A stretch of DNA of 64,000 nucleotides from NCBI GenBank assembly GCA_963663275.1, contig OY760183.1, positions 896,001 to 960,000 on the forward strand, given 5' to 3'. Positions 27,978-36,729 of the stretch are shown piece by piece; within the stretch, counting starts at the first letter, position 1, and every line of letters starts with the position of its first letter. Origin of the DNA: Chloroflexota bacterium (lineage in GTDB: Bacteria; Chloroflexota; UBA11872; VXOZ01). Made by a program: the position numbers and the translations under genes. The notes beneath the pieces are model-generated. The model was not told where the DNA came from, did no database searches, and saw only the letters and a list, made by a program, of their open reading frames with translations.

Positions 27978-28943
27978 GTGGGAGAACCGTACGCGTTTTT
28001 CGAAGGCAACGTGGTGCCGCTCGCCGAAGCCAAAGTCGGCATCATGACCCACGCGCTCAACTACGGCACCGGCTGTTTCGAGGGCATCCGGGGCTACTGG
28101 GTGCCGGAGGACGAGCAGGTCTATCTATTCCGCGCGCGCGAGCACTTCGAGCGCCTGCACCGCTCGGCGCACATCCTGCGCATGAAGGTGCGCTTCAGCC
28201 CGGCGGAACTCACCCGGCTGGCCTGTGACCTGGTTGCCAAATGCGGCTACCGGGAAGACGTCTACGTGCGCCCGCTGGTCTACAAGAGCGCCGAGCAGGT
28301 GGGCCTCTCCCTGGTGCGCGCCGCGCCGGACGGCGGCCTGGAGGACGTGCCCAACGACTTCTTCATGTTCACCGTGCCCTTTGGGGCGTACCTGGACCTG
28401 GAAAAGCCCATTCGCGTCACCGTCTCGCCCTGGCGGCGCATCGACGATAACGTGATCCCGCCCCGGGCGAAAGTGACCGGGCTGTACATCAACTCCGCGC
28501 TGGCGACCTCCGAGGCGAAGATCCTGGGTTTCGACGAAGCCATCATGCTGAACGGCGACGGCACCGTGTCCGAAGGCCCGGGCGAAAACATCTTCCTGCT
28601 GCGCGACGGCAAGCTGATCACCACCGGCCCGGATTCCAACATCCTGGAAGGCATCACGCGCCACGCGGTGATGACGCTGGCGCGGGATGAACTCGGCCTC
28701 CAGGTGGAGGAACGGCGCGTGGCGCGCACGGAACTCTACGTGGCCGACGAACTCTTCTTTACCGGCACGGCCGCCCAGATTTCGGCAATCGGCGAGGTGG
28801 ACGGCAGGGTGATCGGCAACGGCGAAATCGGGCCGGTCGCGGCCCAGTTGCAGAAGGTCTTCTTCGACGCCGTGCGCAACCGCAATCCCAAGTACGCCGC
28901 CTGGTGCGCGGCGGTCTATCCCGCGACCGCCGGCGTGAAGTAG
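27978..28943 (+). CDS. ilvE: Branched-chain amino acid aminotransferase
   Basis: HALNYGTGCFEGIRGY, AKVTGLYINS, SEGPGENIF, LEGITR and FFTGTAAQ motifs. Confidence 0.93.
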   Translation: MGEPYAFFEGNVVPLAEAKVGIMTHALNYGTGCFEGIRGYWVPEDEQVYLFRAREHFERLHRSAHILRMKVRFSPAELTRLACDLVAKCGYREDVYVRPLVYKSAEQVGLSLVRAAPDGGLEDVPNDFFMFTVPFGAYLDLEKPIRVTVSPWRRIDDNVIPPRAKVTGLYINSALATSEAKILGFDEAIMLNGDGTVSEGPGENIFLLRDGKLITTGPDSNILEGITRHAVMTLARDELGLQVEERRVARTELYVADELFFTGTAAQISAIGEVDGRVIGNGEIGPVAAQLQKVFFDAVRNRNPKYAAWCAAVYPATAGVK

Positions 28944-28994
28944 CGCGGACGCCAAGTCTCCCGCCGCTCGATGCCGGCCGCTGTAAGGAGAGCG

Positions 28995-29372
28995 ATGGCA
29001 GAGGAAACCGGCCGCGATACGGCAGCCGCCCGCCCGCCCGCCTACCGCTGCTGGCGGGATAAGGCGTTTCTCGCCTATCTGATACTGGCCCTGCTGATCA
29101 ACGCGGCGCTGTTCATCGCCGTCCTGGGCGTCTACCCGCAGTTGCCGGAACGCCTGCCGGTGCTCTTCAACGCCCAGGGCCAAGCTGACTTCGTTGCCAA
29201 TAAGGCGCATCTCTTCCGCCTGCCGCTGGGGGTGATGCTGGTGACGGTCGTGAACGCCGCGGCGGCCGCGTTCGCGCTGCGCGGCGGCGCTTTTGGCGCC
29301 CGCCTAGTGATGCTGGCAAGCTGTTGGACGGGACTGCTGCTCCTGGCCGGCCTGTGGTTCATCGTTAACTAA
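28995..29372 (+). CDS. DUF1648-like membrane protein
   Basis: AAGGAG RBS; three TM helices and YPQLPERLPVLFNAQGQAD. Confidence 0.65.
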   Translation: MAEETGRDTAAARPPAYRCWRDKAFLAYLILALLINAALFIAVLGVYPQLPERLPVLFNAQGQADFVANKAHLFRLPLGVMLVTVVNAAAAAFALRGGAFGARLVMLASCWTGLLLLAGLWFIVN

Positions 29373-29386
29373 GGAGAACGCATTTC

Positions 29387-30133
29387 ATGCAATTGGAGGG
29401 AAAGAGCGCCATCGTTACCGGCGGCGCGACCGGCATCGGCCGCGCGGTCTGCCTGGCGCTGGCGCGTGAGGGCGCGAGCGTGGTGGTCAACTACTCCAGA
29501 TCTCAAAAGGAGGCAGAGCAAACCGCGCGCGACGCCACCGCGGCTGGCGGGACGGGCGTGACCTTCAAGGCCGACGTGGCCGACGAAGGCAAGGTGAAGC
29601 AGATGGTGGCCTTTGCCCACGATTCCTTTGGCCGCGTGGACGCGCTGGTGAACAACGCGGGCTACACCCAGTTCATCGACCATACCGAACTGGATAAGCT
29701 CACGGACGAACTCTGGGACCGCATCTACGCCGTGAACGTGAAAGGCGCTTTCTACGGCATCCGCGCCGTTGCGCCCATCATGCAGGCGCAAGGGAGCGGC
29801 AGCATCGTGAACGTCGCGTCGGTGGCCGGCATTACCGGCGGCGGCAGTTCGGTGCCCTACGCCGCTTCCAAAGCCGCGCTGATCGCCCTGACCAAGTCCA
29901 TGGCCGCCGCGCTGGGACCGGCAATCCGCGTGAATACGGTGTCGCCGGGCCTGATATACACCCGCTGGACGGAAGATTACCCGGATCGCAACGAGGAGAT
30001 TCGCCAAGGCACGATCATGCAACGCCTGGGCACGCCGGCGGACATCGCCGCGGCGACCCACTACCTGATCTGCAGCGCGGACTGGGTAACCGGCCAGAAT
30101 CTGGTCATCGACGGCGGCAGAGGGGTCGGCTAG
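29387..30133 (+). CDS. SDR family oxidoreductase
   Basis: TGGATGIG, NNAG and YAASK motifs. Confidence 0.95.
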   Translation: MQLEGKSAIVTGGATGIGRAVCLALAREGASVVVNYSRSQKEAEQTARDATAAGGTGVTFKADVADEGKVKQMVAFAHDSFGRVDALVNNAGYTQFIDHTELDKLTDELWDRIYAVNVKGAFYGIRAVAPIMQAQGSGSIVNVASVAGITGGGSSVPYAASKAALIALTKSMAAALGPAIRVNTVSPGLIYTRWTEDYPDRNEEIRQGTIMQRLGTPADIAAATHYLICSADWVTGQNLVIDGGRGVG

Positions 30134-30180
30134 GCGCGCGCCTGGTTGTTGCCGCCACAGAGATTGGAAGGACACTGCCC

Positions 30181-30693
30181 ATGCCCGTTGACGAGACATT
30201 CCTGGCGGAGATGAACATTCGCCCGTACCGGCCCGCCGACGAAGCGCGGGTGAAAGAACTCACCATCGCCGCGTTTACCGGCGTCAGCATCGAGCACAAC
30301 ATCGAGAATAGCTGGCCCGGCCTGCTGCCGCTGCCGTGGGGCGAGCGCAAGTGGCCCATGGTGGCCGGCGACCTCACCGACCATCCGGAAGATTGCTTCG
30401 TGGCCGAGCACGAGGGCGCGGTGATCGCGTTCGCCACCACGCGCATCAACCGCGCGAACAGCGTCGGCCAAATCCCCGACATGGCGGTGGACGCGCGCTA
30501 TCGCGGCAAGGGCATCGGCCGCCGGTTGATCGAGCACTGCCTCCAGCACTTCCGGGAACAGCAACTCACGCTGGCGCGCATCGAAACCTTGTCCCAAAAT
30601 CCCATCGGCCGCCACCTCTATCCCGACCTGGGCTTCCAGGAGGTGGCGCAACAGATCTTCTACGCCATGCCGCTGGAGCCGGAGAGCGAGTGA
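30181..30693 (+). CDS. GNAT acetyltransferase
   Basis: MAVDARYRGKGIGRRL...N...LY..LGF. Confidence 0.9.
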   Translation: MPVDETFLAEMNIRPYRPADEARVKELTIAAFTGVSIEHNIENSWPGLLPLPWGERKWPMVAGDLTDHPEDCFVAEHEGAVIAFATTRINRANSVGQIPDMAVDARYRGKGIGRRLIEHCLQHFREQQLTLARIETLSQNPIGRHLYPDLGFQEVAQQIFYAMPLEPESE

Positions 30694-30777
30694 AGCGCGT
30701 ACCGGCTACCTCGTCATTGCCATGAGAGACAGACCGCAGCCGGTCCGTTTTCTCCACGCACGCGGGTGAACTTCCGC

Positions 30778-30805
30778 GTAGGGGCGGTTCGCGAGCCGCC
30801 CCTAC
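30778..30805. repeat. GTAG-type REP palindrome
   Basis: GTAGGGGCGGTTCGCGAGCCGCCCCTAC; a near-identical copy lies inside the R-M gene at ~12426. Confidence 0.8.
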
Positions 30806-30870
30806 GGCGCAAGACCCATACGTTGTTACACGGGCGGCTGCCGAAGGGTCGGCTACCGAGGAAGTGCGCA

Positions 30871-31764
30871 ATGAACATCGGCGTGATTGGGCCGGGGCGC
30901 GTGGGCGCGGGGCTGGCGCGGCTGCTGGCGGAGCGGGGCTACGCGGTGCGCGCCGTGGCGGGCCGGAGCGCGGCGGGCGTTCAGGCGCTGGCCGCGGCCC
31001 TGCCGGTGTGTGAGGCCGCCAGCGCGCAGACCGTGGCGGACACCTGCGACCTCGTCTTCATCACCACGCCGGACAGCGCCATTGCGGCCGCGGCGCGTGA
31101 CGTAACCTGGCGGCGGGAGCAGGGCGTCGTCCATTGCGCCGGGGCGCTGCCGGCCGCGGAACTTTCCTCAGTGGAGAAGTTTGGCGCGCTGCCCGGCGCG
31201 TTCCATCCGTTGCAGACCCTGCCGGACGCCCGGGCGGCGTTCACGAACCTGCCCGGCTCGTTCGTCGCCATCGAGGCGGCAGAGCCATTGCGCGCCAGGC
31301 TCATCGCAATCGCCGCCGACCTGGGGTGCGTGTGGGGCTACGTGCCGCCGGAGGCGCGGCCGGCCTATCACGCCGCGGCGGCGCTGGTCTCGAACTACAC
31401 CGTAGCCCTGGCGCACGCCGGCGTCGACCTCTGGCGCGCGCTGGGCAAATCCGAGCAGGAAGCCCTGGACGCGCTGCTGCCCCTGCTGCAAGGCGCCGCG
31501 CGCAACCTCCGCCGGCTGGGCCCCACCGGCGCCCTCACCGGCCCGGTGGCGCGCGGCGACTGGGCCACCGTAGCGCAAAACCTGGCGGCCATAGAGCGGA
31601 CCGCGCCGCAACACACGTTTACCTACGCTGCAATGGCGCTGTCGATGATATACAATGATTTGGCGTCCGCCGCCGGCGCAGAGGCCGCCGCCGGCAGGGA
31701 CGCAATCGAAGAAGAGTTGCGCTCGCTGCTGTGCGCAGCAGCGAGAAACCGGGGGAAACCATGA
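30871..31764 (+). CDS. Rossmann-like + DUF2520 protein (PanG-type ketopantoate reductase candidate)
   Basis: GPGRVG, HCAGA, FHPLQT, YHAAAALVSNY and LTGPVARGD motifs; overlaps the panB start. Confidence 0.85.
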   Translation: MNIGVIGPGRVGAGLARLLAERGYAVRAVAGRSAAGVQALAAALPVCEAASAQTVADTCDLVFITTPDSAIAAAARDVTWRREQGVVHCAGALPAAELSSVEKFGALPGAFHPLQTLPDARAAFTNLPGSFVAIEAAEPLRARLIAIAADLGCVWGYVPPEARPAYHAAAALVSNYTVALAHAGVDLWRALGKSEQEALDALLPLLQGAARNLRRLGPTGALTGPVARGDWATVAQNLAAIERTAPQHTFTYAAMALSMIYNDLASAAGAEAAAGRDAIEEELRSLLCAAARNRGKP

Positions 31765-32633
31765 GCGCCGCGCGCGTAACCACTGCCGATCTCAAGCGCA
31801 TGAAGGCGGAAGGGCGCAAGATCGTCATGCTTACGGCCTACGACGCGCCGCTGGCGCACTTCGTGGAAGCCGCCGGCGTGCCCGCGATCCTGGTGGGCGA
31901 CAGCCTGGGCAATACGGTGCTGGGCTACGAGAATACCTTGCCCGTCACCGTGGAAGACATCCTGCGCCACACACAGGCCGTGGTGCGCGGCACGCGCCGG
32001 GCCATGGTGATTGCCGACATGCCGTTCCTTTCGTACCAGGTATCCCGCGAACAGGCGCTGCTCAACGCCGGCCGGTTGCTCCAGGATGGCGGCGCGCAAG
32101 GGGTAAAGCTGGAAGGCGGCAAGCAGACCGTGGCGTTAACGGAACACCTGACGGCGGCCGGGATTCCGGTGATGGGTCACCTGGGCCTCACCCCGCAGTC
32201 GGTGCATCAAATGGGCGGCTACCGCGCGCAGGGGCGCACCCTGGCGGAAGCGAAGGAACTCAGGCGCGACGCGCTCGCGCTGGAGCAGGCCGGCGCGTTC
32301 GCGATCGTGCTGGAGAGCATACCGGCCGCGCTCGCGCGGAAGATTACGGAGTCGCTTGCCGTTCCCACCATCGGCATTGGCGCCGGCGTCCACTGCGACG
32401 GGCAGATACAGGTCTTGCACGACCTGCTCGGCCTCAATCCCCGCGCCGAACATCCCCGCCACGCCAAGGCGTACGCCAACCTGGGAGACGACGTGCGCGC
32501 CGCCGTGGATGCGTACGCGCGTGAGGTCGAGGCCGGCGCGTTTCCCACCCGTGAGCACAGCTTCAAGCTGCCCAACGAACTGGCCCGCGCCCTGCGCCAG
32601 GAGACCCCGGTTTCAACCACGGACCAGGGCTAG
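31761..32633 (+). CDS. panB: 3-methyl-2-oxobutanoate hydroxymethyltransferase
   Basis: MLTAYD, ILVGDSLG, VKLEGG, GHLGLTPQ and TIGIGAG motifs. Confidence 0.97.
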   Translation: MSAARVTTADLKRMKAEGRKIVMLTAYDAPLAHFVEAAGVPAILVGDSLGNTVLGYENTLPVTVEDILRHTQAVVRGTRRAMVIADMPFLSYQVSREQALLNAGRLLQDGGAQGVKLEGGKQTVALTEHLTAAGIPVMGHLGLTPQSVHQMGGYRAQGRTLAEAKELRRDALALEQAGAFAIVLESIPAALARKITESLAVPTIGIGAGVHCDGQIQVLHDLLGLNPRAEHPRHAKAYANLGDDVRAAVDAYAREVEAGAFPTREHSFKLPNELARALRQETPVSTTDQG

Positions 32634-32681
32634 TACGTTCAAGCCCTGCGCCGCGCACGCTCGCAACCCAGCGGAACGCGC

Positions 32682-33542
32682 ATGGAGACCCTACGCACGA
32701 TTCAAGCGGTTCGCGCCGCCCGCCAAGAGGTCCAAGGCAGCGTCGGGCTTGTGCCCACCATGGGGTATCTGCACGCGGGCCACAGGGCGCTGGTGCAAGC
32801 CGCCCGCGCCGAGAACGACCACTGCTGGGCAACGCTCTTCGTAAACTCCCTGCAATTCGGCTCTGGCGAGGACTTTGCCACCTACCCCCGCGATCCGCAG
32901 CGCGACATGGGCCTGTTCGCGGAGTGGGGCGTGGACGCGGTTTTCGCGCCGGAGGCGGGCACGATGTACGCGGACGACTTCAGCACGTACGTGAACGTCG
33001 AGAGCCTTACCGATCGATTGGAAGGGGCGGCGCGGCCGGGGCACTTTCGCGGCGTAACCACGGTGGTCTGCAAGTTGCTCAACCTCGTGCAGCCCCACCG
33101 CGCGTACTTTGGCCGCAAGGACGCCCAGCAACTCCGCGTAATCCAACGCATGGCGCGCGACCTGAACATCCCCACCACTATCGCGCCGGTGGCCACGGTG
33201 CGGGAAGCGGACGGCCTCGCGCTTGCCAGCCGCAACGTGCACCTGAAGCCGGCGGAACGCCAGGCGGCGAAAGTGGTGTACCGCGCCCTGGAAGCGGCGG
33301 CAAGGCGTTTCGCCGCCGGCGAACGTGATGCCGCCGCCCTGCGCGTCGCCATGCATGAGACGCTGGCCCGCGAACCCCTGGCGCGCGTGGACTACGTGAG
33401 CGTCGCCGACGACGAGACGCTGGCAGAACTGGCCGCCGTCCACGGTCCGGCGCTGGCCTCCCTCGCCGTCCGCATCGGCAACACCCGCCTCATCGACGCC
33501 ATGGAGCTAGACAGCGGAGACAATTCACCCCACAAGGCTTGA
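32682..33542 (+). CDS. panC: Pantoate--beta-alanine ligase
   Basis: VPTMGYLHAGH, RPGHFRGV, FGRKDAQQ, READGLALASRN and RLID motifs. Confidence 0.97.
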   Translation: METLRTIQAVRAARQEVQGSVGLVPTMGYLHAGHRALVQAARAENDHCWATLFVNSLQFGSGEDFATYPRDPQRDMGLFAEWGVDAVFAPEAGTMYADDFSTYVNVESLTDRLEGAARPGHFRGVTTVVCKLLNLVQPHRAYFGRKDAQQLRVIQRMARDLNIPTTIAPVATVREADGLALASRNVHLKPAERQAAKVVYRALEAAARRFAAGERDAAALRVAMHETLAREPLARVDYVSVADDETLAELAAVHGPALASLAVRIGNTRLIDAMELDSGDNSPHKA

Positions 33543-33550
33543 CACGTCAT

Positions 33551-33655
33551 GTCATTCCGAGCGCAGCGAGGAATCTAATACGTAGCGCGGGGGCTTGTCC
33601 CCCGCCAGGGCGTAGGGAACCGGAACGACAGTAGCGCGGGGGCTAGTCCCCCGCT
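33551..33655. repeat. REP cluster
   Basis: GTCATTCCGAGCGCAGCGAGGAATCT plus two GTAGCGCGGGGGCT(T/A)GTCCCCCGC copies. Confidence 0.7.
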
Positions 33656-33706
33656 CGGCGGCGCCCGCGTTTGCGTGAAGAACATGGTTTTTCGCCCCGA
33701 TCCACA

Positions 33707-34900
33707 TCACGGGGCCGAACTTTCACCACGATCATCTTCAAAGCCATCGAGAACCCCGGCGAATTCACTCAGCGGGACCGCTTCGCCATGCGTGCGCGCC
33801 TGCCGTTCCGCGCCGCCATAGACGACGCACGTGGCGGTAATGTCCGGTATGCGCTTGGCCACGCGCTTGAGCGCGTCGAAGTAGTCCGACGCTACCGTCG
33901 CGCCGGACTTTACCTCGATTGCGCCGATGCCGTGCCCGGTTTCGTAGAGAAGGTCGCACTCCAGCCCCCGCGCGTCGCGGAAGAACGAGAGATTAGCGCG
34001 CCGGCCCCGGTTGAAGCGGCGCTTGAGGGCCTCGATGACAACGGTGTTTTCAAAGAGCGGCCCGCGCAAGGGATGGGTGGCTACCTGACTGGCGTGCTCG
34101 ATGCCGATGAGATAGCTCGCCAGCCCCACGTCGTAGAAATAGAGTTTCGGCGATTTGATCAGGCGCTTCCGCAAGTTGGCGTGAAACGGTTGGAGTTGGA
34201 AGACGACGTAACTCGCTTCCAAGACCGTAAGCCAGGCGCGCGCCGTTGCGTGGGAAACGCCGGCGTCAGCCCCCAGGGACGAAAGATTGACCAATTGACC
34301 CACGCGTCCGGCGCAGAGGCGCACGAACCGTTGAAAGTTGGAGAGGTTGCGGATCTCGCCCAACCGCCGCACGTCCCGCTCGACGTAGGTCTCGAAGTAA
34401 TCGCCCAGGGCCTGCCGCGCGTCCAGCCCTTGGGCGTGGATACGGGGATAGAACCCTGAGTAGAGGACGTCGTCCACCGCGTTGCTCGCGCCGGTCTGTC
34501 GCCGCTCGGCCAGGGAGAACGGCAGGAGGCGGAGCAGCGCCGTGCGCCCGGCCAGCGACTGGCTGATCGCGTTGGAAAGCCGGAACTGCTCGCTGCCCGT
34601 CAGCACGAAGAGGCTGTTGCGCCCCTTCTCGTCGGCGATGACTTGCAGGTAAGACAGGAGACTGGGAACGCGCTGTATCTCATCCAGAATCGCGCCGTTG
34701 TCAAGACGCGCCAGAAATCCGCGCGGGTCGGATTCCGCGAACTCCCTTTGGTCCGGCGCTTCGAGATTCACGTACGCCAGGTCCGGAAACGCGGCGCGGC
34801 AGAGCGTGGTCTTGCCCGACTGCCGCGGACCGGTCACCGTGACAAACGGGTACTGCTTGAACAACGCAACGAGGCGGGGAGTGATTTCACGCGCTATCAT
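33707..34900 (-). CDS. AAA+ ATPase with DUF4143
   Basis: GPRQSGKTT, ILDEIQ, LTGS, KSPKLYFYDVGL and ECDLL...IEVKS motifs. Confidence 0.92.
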   Translation of the reverse strand: MIAREITPRLVALFKQYPFVTVTGPRQSGKTTLCRAAFPDLAYVNLEAPDQREFAESDPRGFLARLDNGAILDEIQRVPSLLSYLQVIADEKGRNSLFVLTGSEQFRLSNAISQSLAGRTALLRLLPFSLAERRQTGASNAVDDVLYSGFYPRIHAQGLDARQALGDYFETYVERDVRRLGEIRNLSNFQRFVRLCAGRVGQLVNLSSLGADAGVSHATARAWLTVLEASYVVFQLQPFHANLRKRLIKSPKLYFYDVGLASYLIGIEHASQVATHPLRGPLFENTVVIEALKRRFNRGRRANLSFFRDARGLECDLLYETGHGIGAIEVKSGATVASDYFDALKRVAKRIPDITATCVVYGGAERQARTHGEAVPLSEFAGVLDGFEDDRGESSAP

Positions 34901-34920
34901 ACCGTGCAGTATAGAAGGGG

Positions 34921-34959
34921 TTGTGTATAATTGCAAGTACTACTTTCAATTATACACAA
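34921..34959. promoter_or_regulatory. AT-rich near-perfect palindrome (operator candidate)
   Basis: TTGTGTATAATTGCAAGTACTACTTTCAATTATACACAA, 20 bp upstream of the ATPase start. Confidence 0.6.
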
Positions 34960-35217
34960 TCCGCGTACCTGCTATGAGTGCGCGGTTATGCGCGGGCGAT
35001 CCCCCCGATCACGCTGCGTGCACAAGCCGTAGAGGCTTGTGCGCCATTGCGCCCGCGTGACGCTCATGCCACAGTTGCGCTAGTATGGAGACGTGCCTGC
35101 GGCACAGCTTTCTTCTATCCCACAACGGGAGACCGGCGCCGGAGTTCCGGCGCCTTAACTGTGCCGCGCGCTGACACCGAACGCTAACCGCTTGCCAGAC
35201 CGAAGAAGGACGCAACG

Positions 35218-36213
35218 ATGCTCGGAACGATGAATTCGCCCGTACTCTGGATCGGCTTTACCGCCGTCGTCTTGACCCTGCTGATCCTCGACCTGCTGGT
35301 ATTCCACCGCGGCGCGCACGTGATCAAGCCGCGCGAGGCCGCGACGTGGGTTGCCATCTGGGTGAGTCTCGCCCTGGCGTTTGCCGTGGGCATGTTCATC
35401 TTTGCCGGACCCGAACGCGGCACCGAGTTCATCACCGGCTATCTCATCGAGTGGACGTTGAGCGTCGATAATCTCTTCGTCTTCCTCATCATCTTCACGT
35501 ACTTCGCGGTGCCTCACGAGTACCGCTACAACGTGCTTTTCTGGGGCATTCTGGCCGCCATCATCCTGCGGGGCACGTTCATCCTCATCGGCGCGGCCCT
35601 GCTGAGCACGTTCCACTGGATGATCTTCGTCTTTGGCGGTTTCCTGATCTACACCGGCTTCCGCATCCTGATCAAGGGCGACGAGGATACCGACCCCGAG
35701 CGCAACTTTGCCGTGCGCCTCTTTCGCAAGATATTGCCCAGCACGGCGAACTACCACGGCGGCAGCTACATCGTGAAGCTGGACGGCCGCTGGCTGGCAA
35801 CGCCCTTACTGCTGGTGCTGCTGGTGGTGAACGTGACCGACGTGGTGTTCGCCCTGGATTCCGTGCCGGCCATCTTCGCCATCACGCGGGAGCCGTTCAT
35901 CGTCTACTCGGCCAACATCTTCGCCATCCTCGGCCTGCGCGCACTCTACTTCCTGCTGGCGAACCTGATGGACCGGTTCCACTACCTCAGCGTGGGGCTT
36001 GGTCTGGTGCTGGTCTTTGTGGGTGTCAAGATGGTGGTGGGAGACTTCCACGACGTGCCCAAAGGCGACCACCTTTTGACGCCGCTGCTGAAGGGCATCG
36101 AAACGGTGGCGACCGCCTTCCACGACCAGCCGGTCTACTCGCTGGCCGTGGTGGGAATCCTGCTGGGCGGCTCGGTCATCGCGTCCCTGCTGCGTCCGGT
36201 GGCACACGAGTAA
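35218..36213 (+). CDS. TerC/Alx family membrane protein
   Basis: GYLIEWTLSVDNLFVF, DVVFALDSVPAIFAIT and ANIFAILGLRALYF motifs. Confidence 0.93.
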   Translation: MLGTMNSPVLWIGFTAVVLTLLILDLLVFHRGAHVIKPREAATWVAIWVSLALAFAVGMFIFAGPERGTEFITGYLIEWTLSVDNLFVFLIIFTYFAVPHEYRYNVLFWGILAAIILRGTFILIGAALLSTFHWMIFVFGGFLIYTGFRILIKGDEDTDPERNFAVRLFRKILPSTANYHGGSYIVKLDGRWLATPLLLVLLVVNVTDVVFALDSVPAIFAITREPFIVYSANIFAILGLRALYFLLANLMDRFHYLSVGLGLVLVFVGVKMVVGDFHDVPKGDHLLTPLLKGIETVATAFHDQPVYSLAVVGILLGGSVIASLLRPVAHE

Positions 36214-36290
36214 CACGGCCGCCGCCAAGGGGAGACGAGCGATTAATTTCCATTCCCTCCGCAGGAGTGCAATTAGCCCCCTCTCCCTGG

Positions 36291-36436
36291 CTGACAGGGG
36301 TAGGCAAGTGTCATTCCGAGCGGAGCGAGGAATCTAGAACCGACGTTTTTGCAGCGAAAGCCTTAGATTCCTCTCTCCGCTGCGCTCCGCTCGGAATGAC
36401 ACGTGAAGTCGAATGTAGAATGCCTACCCCTGTCAG
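36291..36436. mobile_element. MITE-like element (copy 3) with 10-bp flanking direct repeat
   Basis: Perfect 16-bp TIR; CTCTCCCTGG lies immediately on both sides. Confidence 0.85.
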
Positions 36437-36729
36437 CTCTCCCTGGGGGAGAGGGCCGGGGTGAGGGGGCGGTACTGTTGTCGCGTTAACGTAGCGCGGG
36501 GGCTTGTCCCCCGCCGGAGCGAGAGCAAGCAACACGTTACGGGTTGGCCCACAGGGTCGCAGAGCCCGCCGCACACGAGATACGGAGTTGCAAACGTTCC
36601 CCTGAACGTATCGAAGGGCTGTGCATCCAGGGATTGAGCGAGCAGGATATTGGCGCAGGTTACAAACCTGCGCTACCGGAAGTTGAGCGAGCAGGGCGTT
36701 GGCGCGGCTGTTTACCCACGCAGAGGCGC

